Positions 43,729-53,282 of a DNA stretch of 64,000 bases are shown one piece after another. The notes under the pieces are model-generated. The model was not told where the DNA came from and ran no database searches. It was given only the letters and a program-made list of their open reading frames with translations. Position 1 is the first letter of the stretch, and every line of letters starts with the position of its first letter. The DNA is taken from the sequence record MT161459.1; one strand, 5' to 3'. The position numbers and the translations under genes were made by a program.

Positions 43729-44596
43729 CAGTATTCGTAAGGATTTCAAGTACGCGTCAGTTCGAGCAAACCGACTTGCATTCATCGAGAGCAAGATCTG
43801 GTTTGATCACGACAAGAATCCGCGTAGCGTTGAAGATGCTAAGTGTCAACTGGGCTATTTCATGACTGCGATGTCCGTTATCAAACCTCCAGTTACCAAG
43901 TCTGAGGTTGCGTATTACTGGGCCACTGAATCGATGCGTGGTTTGTTTCACGATCGCCCGATTGCTGATCTGATCGTTCCTCACTTAGTGTCGCGCGTGA
44001 ATGCTTTCGATGCGTACAAAGACTTCGATCTATCGCCCATCCGCGACTGCAGCGTGACAGCGGCAGGTGACGATACTATGTCGGTCAGCTTCGCTGTAAT
44101 TGGAACATCGCTGCTGACTCGTTCGGTATTCAACTCCAACGGTTGTCGCATTCCATCATTCTTCGACCTTCGTGCAACCGATCTGAATGGCGAAGTCAAG
44201 TTTATGATGACGTTTAAGCGGCCAGCTGAGTATCCGACTATGGGCACCATCTGTCTATCTCGATACCGCGAAGAGGAAAAGGCGCGAGAGGCTGCTAAAC
44301 TAGCTAAACCCAAGCCTCCCAAACCTGCAGCCGTCAATGATCCATCCGTAGAGGTTGGAGTTGCTAATGTGGCGAGTCTGACTCGCAGAGCTGTCAAGGC
44401 TGTCAACCAAACCATCCAGGAATACCTCGAACGGTTGAAGATGGAAGAAGCTGCTGCTGCAACTGCCGCGAAGGAAGCTAGTGCCAAACTGGTGGAAGCT
44501 CGTCGTGTAGCAGAACAGACGCGCCTTCGTCACGAAGAGCTCCAAGCAAGTATCAAGAATTTCCAAGAAACGATCGTTGCATCGATCAAACCGTAA
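43721..44596 (+). CDS. hypothetical protein, C-terminal coiled coil
   Basis: N-terminus similar to next gene (RK..K.A.V..NR...WFD.D). Confidence 0.7.
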   Translation: MGSSIRKDFKYASVRANRLAFIESKIWFDHDKNPRSVEDAKCQLGYFMTAMSVIKPPVTKSEVAYYWATESMRGLFHDRPIADLIVPHLVSRVNAFDAYKDFDLSPIRDCSVTAAGDDTMSVSFAVIGTSLLTRSVFNSNGCRIPSFFDLRATDLNGEVKFMMTFKRPAEYPTMGTICLSRYREEEKAREAAKLAKPKPPKPAAVNDPSVEVGVANVASLTRRAVKAVNQTIQEYLERLKMEEAAAATAAKEASAKLVEARRVAEQTRLRHEELQASIKNFQETIVASIKP

Positions 44597-44637
44597 GATC
44601 AAGGCCCTTCGGGGCCTTTCGTCACAGGAAACGTATT

Positions 44638-45402
44638 ATGTCCAATGCAGCTAGAAAGCATATCAAATTTGCAGCAGTTCAAACCAATCGGATCAATTAC
44701 CTCAACCGTCTTGTGTGGTTTGACGCTGATGGGGATAGTGTGAGGATCGAACAAGCTCGGCACACTATGATGTCGCTGTTCTCCCAGTGGAGCGTCAATC
44801 CCAACGAGCGGAAGTTTCAGACTTGGATGGGTCGCAAGGTATCTCGGATTCTCCATCCGTTATTCAGTAAGTCATTCACTCAGCAGCTTAGTCGGTTTGG
44901 CCTAGCGTGTGTCAGGGAATTATCTTACGATCAGATCTCTGAGCGCCGAGATGAGTTTACTCTCCGATTCGAGACCGATGTAGAGTTCCACGATCATGAT
45001 GTGGATACCATGTCAATCCGATGCACTGGCAGCGATCGACATCTGCTACTGAGACGATTTAACGTAACGATTACGTTCCGCCGACCATCTCAAAGTTTCT
45101 CGGAACTGACTCCTATCAGCATTCGCAACAAGACTGCATCCGCTGGGAGCTACGCAAATCCAGTCAGTGCCAAACTGTATGCATCGAGTGATGTCAAGGC
45201 TCAGATCGATCGACTGATCGGAGCTGAGCTGAGCACGTTTGCCAATGCTGACCATCAGTTCAAAGCTCAGATGGCAGATCTGGACAAACAAGTCAAGAAT
45301 CTGATTTTGAAGCGTCAGGATCTAGAGACTAAGATCCGAGTCAATAACCGGAACAAGGACGCAGCTGTGAAGAATCTGTTGGGCGACTGGTTCCCTAAAT
45401 AA
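44638..45402 (+). CDS. hypothetical protein, C-terminal coiled coil
   Basis: AGGA RBS; paralogous N-terminus. Confidence 0.7.
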   Translation: MSNAARKHIKFAAVQTNRINYLNRLVWFDADGDSVRIEQARHTMMSLFSQWSVNPNERKFQTWMGRKVSRILHPLFSKSFTQQLSRFGLACVRELSYDQISERRDEFTLRFETDVEFHDHDVDTMSIRCTGSDRHLLLRRFNVTITFRRPSQSFSELTPISIRNKTASAGSYANPVSAKLYASSDVKAQIDRLIGAELSTFANADHQFKAQMADLDKQVKNLILKRQDLETKIRVNNRNKDAAVKNLLGDWFPK

Positions 45403-45419
45403 CGATAAAAGGGGAATCT

Positions 45420-45959
45420 ATGAGAGACATCAAACCGTTCAGCAGCTTCTTGGAAGCAGTCATTGGAACCGACGAACCTTCCACTCTCCAAGTTAGCGAT
45501 AACGTGAAGGTGGAGTTGACCAAGGCAGAAGAATTCGAACTCAGCAAGAAGAGTCATCTGCCAGTCAAAATGAAAGTGGGAATGTACGACTTCCGCGCAT
45601 CCATTCATGCACAAGCTCGTGCTGCACAACGCCGATCTAGTATGTCACCCATCGATTGGAAGGACCTTGCTCGCAAGATCGCTCACTATGTGGAAGACAA
45701 CGGCATCCGTCGTGGTACTTACATGTTCCACGATAGTGCTACTGGAGAGTCGATTGTGTGCGGAGTCAAGGACAGATTGATCGAGATTGTGACTGTGTAC
45801 CCGAAAGGTACTGGCGGCCGCGTAAGTCATAAACAGACTGCGGCAGGAGTCAAGAGCGCAATTATGGAAGCTCTATATGAGAGCGTCGAGATGGAAGATT
45901 GGCTAGATGAAGCGCTTGCGCTGACTGGTCGAGAACTCAATGACGTAATCGTTCTGTAA
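45420..45959 (+). CDS. putative internal head protein
   Basis: KPFSSFLEA leader and internal IMEALYE; CTAAATA upstream. Confidence 0.55.
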   Translation: MRDIKPFSSFLEAVIGTDEPSTLQVSDNVKVELTKAEEFELSKKSHLPVKMKVGMYDFRASIHAQARAAQRRSSMSPIDWKDLARKIAHYVEDNGIRRGTYMFHDSATGESIVCGVKDRLIEIVTVYPKGTGGRVSHKQTAAGVKSAIMEALYESVEMEDWLDEALALTGRELNDVIVL

Positions 45960-46041
45960 TTTAAACCTCCTTCGGGAGGTTTTTTGTTGCCTCGAAATCG
46001 AAATTGCGTAGAATAGGCTGTACACAACCAAGGAGAGTATT

Positions 46042-47022
46042 ATGAATCCCAATCATTACTGGAAAATCGAAGACGGCCGTATCGTAGCATTGATGGGCAT
46101 GTCGTTTGGCGTTAATGATATCCCCGTCGGATCCATCGGAGCTATTATCCCAGCTCACGTCAAACTTCCAGATCCTGGATATGATGTGTGGATTGCCGCA
46201 GATGTCAAGTTCGATACACCATCGTGCGAGCGTAGTCAAATCGCAATCGAATCTGGAACGTACATCGGTCCGCGGTGTCACGTTGGTATTGAGGTTGAGA
46301 TCGGCGAAGGATGTTTCATCGATCGCGAAGTAACTATTCGCAATCGCGTTCGCATCGGTAACGGTTCGTCGATTGGCGAAAACAGTAACATTCGCGGATT
46401 CGCTACCATCTCCAACGCGGTTGATATTGGTCGCGATGTATCCATCGGAGAATTCGCCGTCATTGGCGATGGCTCTAGCGTTGGTCACGACACCAAGATC
46501 GATAACGGTTGCGTCATCGGCCGTATGGTTCATATCGGAGACGATTGTCGCATCAACGTATGCGCTAACATTCTCGATAAGTGCAATCTTCGCAATGGTG
46601 TATCTCTGGGCAACTACGTGTATGTTGGAGATCGGACTACTATCGGCAACTACACACACATCGGTAATGACGTGAAACTCGATCGCGAACTGATTGTGAC
46701 TGCGCATTCCACTCTGATCAACGGCAAAATCGTCCAACTGCATAATATTGGTGGGAATGGTCGGAACATGATCATCTACGTAGATCGATATGGCGATGTG
46801 GTTATGAGCATTGGATGCCAAAATGGGATCTCGTTGAAATCGTTCAAGAGTCGCATCAAGCGTAAGATGACGTCCAATGATAGCATCGAGATCTATCGTA
46901 ACCAGATGGAGATCATTGAAGCTGCATTCAAATCCGTTGGTCGAGCCAATGGGGTCAGTACGATCTACAAAGTATTTCAATTCGCTAAAAAGATGTTTGG
47001 CATTGTTGAGCTGGGGAGATAG
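46042..47022 (+). CDS. left-handed beta-helix (hexapeptide repeat) protein
   Basis: Many IGxxxx hexapeptide repeats; AAGGAG RBS. Confidence 0.85.
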   Translation: MNPNHYWKIEDGRIVALMGMSFGVNDIPVGSIGAIIPAHVKLPDPGYDVWIAADVKFDTPSCERSQIAIESGTYIGPRCHVGIEVEIGEGCFIDREVTIRNRVRIGNGSSIGENSNIRGFATISNAVDIGRDVSIGEFAVIGDGSSVGHDTKIDNGCVIGRMVHIGDDCRINVCANILDKCNLRNGVSLGNYVYVGDRTTIGNYTHIGNDVKLDRELIVTAHSTLINGKIVQLHNIGGNGRNMIIYVDRYGDVVMSIGCQNGISLKSFKSRIKRKMTSNDSIEIYRNQMEIIEAAFKSVGRANGVSTIYKVFQFAKKMFGIVELGR

Positions 47023-47026
47023 TACA

Positions 47027-47314
47027 GTGACTGATAAAACTGAATTACTGGAGGCACTCGAATCGGCCCTGAAATCGAAAGGGGTCCAGTACTTCCACGC
47101 GGTAGTCTCGGAGAACAACCACGGTCGGTATGTGCTGTCTGTACGCACGAAGCGCGATCAGGCTGAGATTGTGGCCCAGATGTTCCGAGATCTGACCAAT
47201 TTCAGCTGCACATCGACATCCAGCTACAAACGCAACGCGTGTACGGAAGTCAAGACGTTTATTCGCAGCAGTGTATATCTCACAGGAGCAATAGCATGGT
47301 TCAGAACCTTATGA
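47027..47314 (+). CDS. hypothetical protein
   Basis: GGAG RBS, GTG start. Confidence 0.5.
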   Translation: MTDKTELLEALESALKSKGVQYFHAVVSENNHGRYVLSVRTKRDQAEIVAQMFRDLTNFSCTSTSSYKRNACTEVKTFIRSSVYLTGAIAWFRTL

Positions 47315-47508
47315 GCAACGTTTACGTTCGCGTTTTGCTAACCTTAGTTGCTAATGGATTGATCTGGATCCCCAACGCACTTGGGCTCGATAAGGTCAGC
47401 CCCATTGCATTCTGGGTGACGTGGGGAATCGGAATGGTACTAGCGTTTGGGATGCTCATTTATCACATTCAACGGGGAGTCAGCAATGAAGCTATCCGAC
47501 CTTCGTGA
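47296..47508 (+). CDS. small membrane protein
   Basis: Two TM segments, AGGAG RBS. Confidence 0.6.
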   Translation: MVQNLMSNVYVRVLLTLVANGLIWIPNALGLDKVSPIAFWVTWGIGMVLAFGMLIYHIQRGVSNEAIRPS

Positions 47509-47731
47509 TATAGTGGAGCTGAGTCGAAGTACTCGGTCCATCAGCTTCACGGATAAGAAGTCATTCGCCGTCCATCTAATCGACGGATCCAAGTTTGTTG
47601 TTACCAAGGTATTGTGGTGGTACAACATCAAGATGATTGGAACCAACCAAGGGTTGTGGCATCTGCCTGCAGCCGAAGTAGTCCGTACCTTAGATTGGTA
47701 CGCCACTGAACTTAACGAGGCACTGAGATGA
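47486..47731 (+). CDS. hypothetical protein
   Basis: GGGAG RBS. Confidence 0.6.
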   Translation: MKLSDLRDIVELSRSTRSISFTDKKSFAVHLIDGSKFVVTKVLWWYNIKMIGTNQGLWHLPAAEVVRTLDWYATELNEALR

Positions 47732-47967
47732 GTAGTTTAGATATTGTCAAGAAAATGCAGATCAACGATGAATTCATCGAGTTGGTCAGCTACGCTTCCA
47801 TCATCGTTCGATGCACAGAGGCTCCAGTTCGATCTGAAACTGGCGCGTGGACATGGAAGGGGGTTCGCGTAGACAATGGCCAGGAGATCGATTACCTGAT
47901 CACTGAGGGTTACGAGCACTACGGTCCGAAACTGTATCCAGTATCAAACTTTCCGGTGTACATGTAA
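47728..47967 (+). CDS. hypothetical protein
   Basis: ATGA overlap. Confidence 0.6.
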   Translation: MSSLDIVKKMQINDEFIELVSYASIIVRCTEAPVRSETGAWTWKGVRVDNGQEIDYLITEGYEHYGPKLYPVSNFPVYM

Positions 47968-48305
47968 TGGCAGCGCTTAACTTCTATCAGGTATCCGAGA
48001 GGATGCCCGATCACGATGACGAGGTCGTGTGGTGCAATCGTCATAACGGAGTTCCGATCGTTGGTACTGTGGAGCGTTTCTGGGACGAAGTGGATCTGTC
48101 TGGAGAGTCCACTGGATTCTCCATGACGTACACCGACAAAGAGGTAGAGGTCCACGAGGATCCTGATCTACGTTGGAGACTTGGTGTATCGGTAAACGGC
48201 GTCGAAATGGACCAAAAAGATTTCTGGATTGATATGAAATCTTATGTGAAATTCGTTGCCCAGAAATCCAAAGTATCGGATCATAGCTCCATCGGTAGGG
48301 AATAA
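47967..48305 (+). CDS. hypothetical protein (DUF551-like start VSERMP)
   Basis: TAATG overlap. Confidence 0.6.
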   Translation: MAALNFYQVSERMPDHDDEVVWCNRHNGVPIVGTVERFWDEVDLSGESTGFSMTYTDKEVEVHEDPDLRWRLGVSVNGVEMDQKDFWIDMKSYVKFVAQKSKVSDHSSIGRE

Positions 48306-48332
48306 CCCCTACCGCAAACGGGAGTAACGATC

Positions 48333-48707
48333 ATGCATACATTCACCAAAGGTCAAAATTGTGTAGTGTTCCACTGTGGTACTGCCCCAGTCATGAATTT
48401 GTCCGGTAAGATGCGCGTCGTTAAATCCCACGGTCGTAAGTGGGTCACCACCGAAGACAACTTCAAAGGTGAAGCGTGGGATGGGATAACTTTCGGTTCA
48501 TCAGCAACCCATCGTATCCTGACTCCGAACCAAGCTATTGAATACCGTCTGCACTACCAGTGGAACGCTACTGCAGAACAAATTGCTGATATCATGATGG
48601 ATCAAGCTACCGCGTTGACCAAATGGGAAAACTACGGTATGCACATGAACGACGCGATCCCAGGCGTAATTGCTGAGCTGTTTGTTTGGGCCAGTTTCGA
48701 TTATTAA
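48333..48707 (+). CDS. hypothetical protein
   Basis: GGAG RBS. Confidence 0.65.
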   Translation: MHTFTKGQNCVVFHCGTAPVMNLSGKMRVVKSHGRKWVTTEDNFKGEAWDGITFGSSATHRILTPNQAIEYRLHYQWNATAEQIADIMMDQATALTKWENYGMHMNDAIPGVIAELFVWASFDY

Positions 48708-48711
48708 TATG

Positions 48712-48740
48712 TTGACTCTGAGGATAGCTTCGGCTATCCT
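48712..48740 (+). promoter_or_regulatory. early promoter with inverted repeat
   Basis: TTGACT-17-TATCCT; AGGATAGC-TTCG-GCTATCCT. Confidence 0.6.
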
Positions 48741-48767
48741 GTCTCTGAAACGAACAAGGAGATTACC

Positions 48768-48998
48768 ATGTGTGAAGAAATCAAGGTTAACCGTGTCACT
48801 ATCTATGAATATGAAATGGATGACGAGACTCACTATGGTGTAAAGCTGGAAGGCGATGTAGCTGAGATTTTCGGTCAGGAAGTATTTGAGAGCTTTGAAG
48901 ATAGTCTGGTCGACGCACACGAACTTGCTGAACAAGCAGCAGATGCAGGCGATTGTGAAATCACCTGGGAATGTTACAAACCAGGTTGGGCCAAATAA
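48768..48998 (+). CDS. acidic hypothetical protein
   Basis: AAGGAG RBS. Confidence 0.65.
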   Translation: MCEEIKVNRVTIYEYEMDDETHYGVKLEGDVAEIFGQEVFESFEDSLVDAHELAEQAADAGDCEITWECYKPGWAK

Positions 48999-49008
48999 GG
49001 AGAATATC

Positions 49009-49389
49009 ATGAAGAAGATGTGTGTCAAGAATATCAAAGCTGGTAAAACTGTGTACTACGTCCATGCACTAGGCGAGAACACATCTGTGACCAAGTACAT
49101 CGTGACTGGTCGTCCGAAGTTATATCGGTTTAAGCACGTAAAGAGCTTGGCGGATAGTCTGTTTGTACCATCTCGCTACGTATTCCGAGATGGAACCGTC
49201 GCGAAGATCAATAGCGACTTCAGTCTGGTGGATGCCAACGTACAGCGTCAGAACCATTACAACAAGCATCGTCTGTTCTTTAGTCGTAAAGCTGCCAATC
49301 GCTACGTTGAGCTGTGCAAGCACCATAACATCAATCTGGTTCACAGCGGTGACGACGCCGATCCGTTCTGGGACTATCGCTATGACTAA
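49009..49389 (+). CDS. hypothetical protein
   Basis: AAGGAG RBS. Confidence 0.65.
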   Translation: MKKMCVKNIKAGKTVYYVHALGENTSVTKYIVTGRPKLYRFKHVKSLADSLFVPSRYVFRDGTVAKINSDFSLVDANVQRQNHYNKHRLFFSRKAANRYVELCKHHNINLVHSGDDADPFWDYRYD

Positions 49390-49645
49390 CCAACTGACTG
49401 GTATTGCCAGATCTCGAGCTCTTCAAGTAGCAGTGAATGAGGTTCTTCAAGCGACAGTGTACTCACACCGACCCAACATTCACGTGGACATCGTCGATGT
49501 AATGTACGGCCGGAAGCTGACCAAAGCAATGGATCACGTATGTCGACATATGTTCGTACATGGGACTCCAGCTGGACTGGAGGCTCAAGTGACGATGATC
49601 GTCGAAGCTCAACGCGAGTTGGATAGCCTGGGGTTCTTCTCATGA
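49382..49645 (+). CDS. hypothetical protein
   Basis: Overlaps neighbours. Confidence 0.55.
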   Translation: MTNQLTGIARSRALQVAVNEVLQATVYSHRPNIHVDIVDVMYGRKLTKAMDHVCRHMFVHGTPAGLEAQVTMIVEAQRELDSLGFFS

Positions 49646-49878
49646 ATCTCAGCCAAGGTCACAAGGACTTCAAATTCGTTATATCGAATCTGCAGATCGT
49701 GTCCAAAGTATCAGCTATCAATATCCGATTGAAGATAGGTATCACTGTCAAATACCGGATCGCCGATCTCGTCGGCGTTCCAAAAGTGATCCTAACTTAC
49801 CCCAACCTGAAAATGGAGGTCTTCGAGCTCTCCGATCTAGCTGGGGTAGTCAAGAAGTTAAAAGAATATGCTGGATAA
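49642..49878 (+). CDS. hypothetical protein
   Basis: ATGA overlap. Confidence 0.55.
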   Translation: MNLSQGHKDFKFVISNLQIVSKVSAINIRLKIGITVKYRIADLVGVPKVILTYPNLKMEVFELSDLAGVVKKLKEYAG

Positions 49879-49954
49879 AGTTTAAACCGATCGCAAGATC
49901 ACCGAAACTGGCTTACATAGCCGAAACAAACACAAACCAATAGGAAACTGTTAA

Positions 49955-50902
49955 ATGCGTACTGAACTGAAATATGGCGTGACTGGTATTGCTGCTGTCC
50001 TGGCAATGATCATTGGCTTCAACAGCTATACCATCGTCGATGCTGGTACCACCAAAGTGGAAACTTTGTTTGGTGTCGTCAATCCGAAGCATCTGGGCGA
50101 AGGTCCGCACATGGTCAACCCATTCGCATCTTTCGATGTGTTCGACACTCGTAACAACAAGCACATCGTCGAGAACATGCAAATCCCAACTCGCGACCGA
50201 TTCAACAGTACTGGTAAAGTTACCCTGCTGTATCGCGTAGACAATGCCAAGACTCCGTACATCAAGACCAACTACGGTACCATGGAGATGTTCGTCGACA
50301 AAGCGATGAGTCAGTTCCTGAGCTCCATCCTGAAAGATGAAGGTCGTAAGGTTGATGACTCCCGCGGTCTGGCTGACTCCGGTAACATCACCACCATGCA
50401 AGAGAACACCAAACGCCGTCTGCAGGAAGCTCTGGAAGGTACTGGTATCACTCTGCAAGAAGTGCTGATCCAAGACATCACTTTCGATCCGCGCATCGCT
50501 AACCAGATTCTGCAGACTCAGGATCGCATCCAGAAAGAAGAGTCTGAGAAGTCTCAGCTGCGTATCGCCAAGACTCAAGCAGACAAAGACATCGCGATCG
50601 CTCAAGGTAAAGCTGGTGCCGATAAGGCCAAGTACGATGCTGACGCATACAAGACCGCTGTGAACGCTACCGCAAATGCGAACGCTACCAAAGCAATGGC
50701 TGACGCAGATCGTTACATGGCTGAACAGACTGCTGCTGGTAACAAGAAGCTGGCTGAGAGCTTGACTCCGCAGATCGTTCGCCTGAAAGAGATCGAAGTT
50801 GAGAAAGTGAAAGCTGGTCAAGGCTGGAACGGTCAAGTACCGACCAACTTCACCATGATGGGTGAAGGTCAAGCACCGCTCTTCATGAAGCAGATGCAGT
50901 GA
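49955..50902 (+). CDS. SPFH (band 7/prohibitin) domain membrane protein
   Basis: N-terminal TM, FG.V....L.EG.H..NP, D.R, coiled-coil AxAEA tail. Confidence 0.85.
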   Translation: MRTELKYGVTGIAAVLAMIIGFNSYTIVDAGTTKVETLFGVVNPKHLGEGPHMVNPFASFDVFDTRNNKHIVENMQIPTRDRFNSTGKVTLLYRVDNAKTPYIKTNYGTMEMFVDKAMSQFLSSILKDEGRKVDDSRGLADSGNITTMQENTKRRLQEALEGTGITLQEVLIQDITFDPRIANQILQTQDRIQKEESEKSQLRIAKTQADKDIAIAQGKAGADKAKYDADAYKTAVNATANANATKAMADADRYMAEQTAAGNKKLAESLTPQIVRLKEIEVEKVKAGQGWNGQVPTNFTMMGEGQAPLFMKQMQ

Positions 50903-51003
50903 TTTAAAAATTAGACCTCCTTCGGGAGGTCTTTTTGTTGCCCCAAAATCCATATGCCCTGATAATCTCTTCATCGAAACAAACTCAACCAAAGGAAAGA
51001 ATC

Positions 51004-51285
51004 ATGTTCAACCCTACCGCACCAGTCAAGTACACCGTAGGTCAACCTAACGTCATCCTGTGTAACGTCGTCGAGCTGATCGAAGCTCTGGTAGAAGAGT
51101 GCGATCTGACCGATCTGTGTAGCGCTCGTCTGCTGACTGCTCGCGGTAAGAAGACTCCGATTATGGTTCTGGGCGAAGCAACTGACGACTACTACGACAT
51201 CGCCGTTCCGTATATCGATGCTGACCACAACATCCAGTTCATCTACCTGGATGCGATCAGCGAATATCATCTGACCTCCAAATAA
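51004..51285 (+). CDS. hypothetical protein
   Basis: TTGCCC-17-GATAAT promoter and AGGA RBS. Confidence 0.65.
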   Translation: MFNPTAPVKYTVGQPNVILCNVVELIEALVEECDLTDLCSARLLTARGKKTPIMVLGEATDDYYDIAVPYIDADHNIQFIYLDAISEYHLTSK

Positions 51286-51288
51286 TAG

Positions 51289-51321
51289 TTGTACCGTAAT
51301 GAGGGATTAGCGATAATCCCT
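51289..51321 (+). promoter_or_regulatory. early promoter with inverted repeat
   Basis: TTGTAC-17-GATAAT; AGGGATTA/TAATCCCT; ATCGAAC leader. Confidence 0.65.
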
Positions 51322-51347
51322 TTATCGAACCAAGTAGAGGAATTACT

Positions 51348-51791
51348 ATGAACCGTTTGTCCCAACTCGCATCCATCCTGAATGCAGCCGATTTCGATCG
51401 CGAAGCAGCTATCGCTGAGAGCATCTACCGCAGTTCGTACGTTGGGACAGAAGAGTTCATCGTTGATTCCTCTGACGATTTAGAACTCCAGGATCAGGCT
51501 ATCCGCGAGGTCAAGAAGTATCTGGCTACTATGGCTGGTCACAATATCATTAATGAATTTGCCGGTTCTGATGAATGGAGCATGATGGCCGAAGACGACT
51601 TCGCGTGCGAGATTCGTGATGATGAGATTGAAGCTATTCTGAATCGATATTCCGACGAAGCTCAGGATCTGGTAAATCGAGGAGCTATGTTTGTGGTCCT
51701 CGTGAACTATAAGGGCGAGGAGGAAGGTATCGGGTACGCTCCAGCGTGTAAGCGTCTGCAAAAGTTCATAGGAAAATACAATTATCGCTAA
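51348..51791 (+). CDS. acidic hypothetical protein
   Basis: GAGGA RBS. Confidence 0.7.
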   Translation: MNRLSQLASILNAADFDREAAIAESIYRSSYVGTEEFIVDSSDDLELQDQAIREVKKYLATMAGHNIINEFAGSDEWSMMAEDDFACEIRDDEIEAILNRYSDEAQDLVNRGAMFVVLVNYKGEEEGIGYAPACKRLQKFIGKYNYR

Positions 51792-51860
51792 TAAACTGGT
51801 TGCACCGTCTATCAGTTTGACGGATAATCCCTTTATCGAAACCAAGCAGAGGAATACATC

Positions 51861-52694
51861 ATGAACACCATGTCCCAATATCAAGTTCTGGCAGTAGCTC
51901 AACAACAGATCATCGAACGCGTTAAACTGGAAGTAGCTCGTGCTAACCAGATCTTTGGTCTGAACATGAATCCTGTCATCAAGACCGATTTGACTGGTGC
52001 TTCTGCTGGTCTGGCCGGTCGTCGTAACGGTCAACTGTATACCAATATCAATGCTCAGATGATGACTATCTCCGAATCCAACTGGTGGGAGATTCTGGAC
52101 AACACCATCTCTCATGAAGTAGCTCATCTGGTAGACTACGCAACTCGCGGTCGTTCTGATCATAGCCCCATTTGGAAAGCTATTCACAAACGTCTGGGCG
52201 GTTCTGCTGAGCGTTGTCACACAATGGATACCATCAAACGCGGCGGTTCGTTCAAATACGTAGTTGAAGGTAAGGAAGTGACTCTGTCTGCTACTCAGCA
52301 CAAACGCGTCATCAGTGGTACCACTTACTCGACGTCTGTAGCGAATGGTCGTCGTGCTACCATCGACAAAACCAAGTACGTAGGTCCGACTCGCGTCGAA
52401 TTCCTGACTCACGTTCCAACTCGCGCGAATGGTCCAGAATCTGCTGTTGTGATCGAAACTCCAGTAGTAGTTGAAGCACCGAAAAAAGTCAAGGCTCCTT
52501 ACCCGAAAGCTCCAGCGCTGACCGTCAAAGTGGTGTCTAGTTCTTCCAAGCGTGATCAGGCTGCTGCTCTATTCGCTGCAAATCCGAATGCTGCTCGTAA
52601 GGATCTGATTGCGATGATGGTTGAAATCGGTTTGACTGCTGCTGGTGCAAGCACTTATATCAGCAACTTCAAAACTGGTAAGTGGGCAATTTAA
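51861..52694 (+). CDS. SprT-like zinc metalloprotease fused to family B C-terminal domain
   Basis: TISHEVAHL, H...WK.I; ends RKDLIAMM..GLTAAGASTYISNFKTGKW. Confidence 0.8.
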   Translation: MNTMSQYQVLAVAQQQIIERVKLEVARANQIFGLNMNPVIKTDLTGASAGLAGRRNGQLYTNINAQMMTISESNWWEILDNTISHEVAHLVDYATRGRSDHSPIWKAIHKRLGGSAERCHTMDTIKRGGSFKYVVEGKEVTLSATQHKRVISGTTYSTSVANGRRATIDKTKYVGPTRVEFLTHVPTRANGPESAVVIETPVVVEAPKKVKAPYPKAPALTVKVVSSSSKRDQAAALFAANPNAARKDLIAMMVEIGLTAAGASTYISNFKTGKWAI

Positions 52695-52698
52695 TCCG

Positions 52699-52731
52699 TT
52701 GACGTTAGGGGTCATCTCAAGGATGATCCCT
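52699..52731 (+). promoter_or_regulatory. early promoter with inverted repeat
   Basis: TTGACG-17-GATGAT; AGGGGTCATC/GATGATCCCT. Confidence 0.65.
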
Positions 52732-52758
52732 CTATCGAAACAAAGCCAGGAGAATCCC

Positions 52759-53061
52759 ATGTTCGCATCTACCATTCAAGTCAATCGTTATTTCTTCGAA
52801 GGCGCGACACACAACGAGGTCATGGACGTCGAATTCATGAGCTCCCACAGCAACCCAGATCAGGTGGATGCTGATCGCGAAGCTTTGGATTGTGAGATCC
52901 AGGAGATCGTCAATGCTCTGATGGATGAGTACGAGAACGGTCAATACCATGTATTCATCTCTGGTGGTGTAGTCCATAGTAAGCATTGGACCGATTACGG
53001 TTATGAGTATGACAGCGATGTCGAAATTCGCATTTCGTCTGTCCAGAGTATCGCAGAATGA
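52759..53061 (+). CDS. acidic hypothetical protein
   Basis: AGGAG RBS. Confidence 0.65.
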   Translation: MFASTIQVNRYFFEGATHNEVMDVEFMSSHSNPDQVDADREALDCEIQEIVNALMDEYENGQYHVFISGGVVHSKHWTDYGYEYDSDVEIRISSVQSIAE

Positions 53062-53282
53062 AACCATTCAACGTAGTCGACTACATGAGGTTCCAGGCGA
53101 AGATGCAATCGTCTGTTGACTTCAAAGATCCGTGGATCGAGTTTATAGATGAGGTCATCGATTGCGAGAATACCAACACCGATCTGGTGCTGACTGAGGT
53201 AGCCGAAGAGTTCGGCGTTCTCGATCAGTTCCTAGATTTTCAATCCAAATGCCTACAGGAGTACATGAATGGTCAACGTTGA
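53058..53282 (+). CDS. hypothetical protein
   Basis: ATGA overlap. Confidence 0.6.
   Translation: MKPFNVVDYMRFQAKMQSSVDFKDPWIEFIDEVIDCENTNTDLVLTEVAEEFGVLDQFLDFQSKCLQEYMNGQR

Noticed and set aside
45961-50992. Long minus-strand ORFs (e.g. 45961-47148, 49913-50992; also 51480-52412, 33755-34624, 19433-20224)
   Set aside because: They shadow well-supported + strand genes, have no recognisable motifs or RBS, and are expected from codon bias
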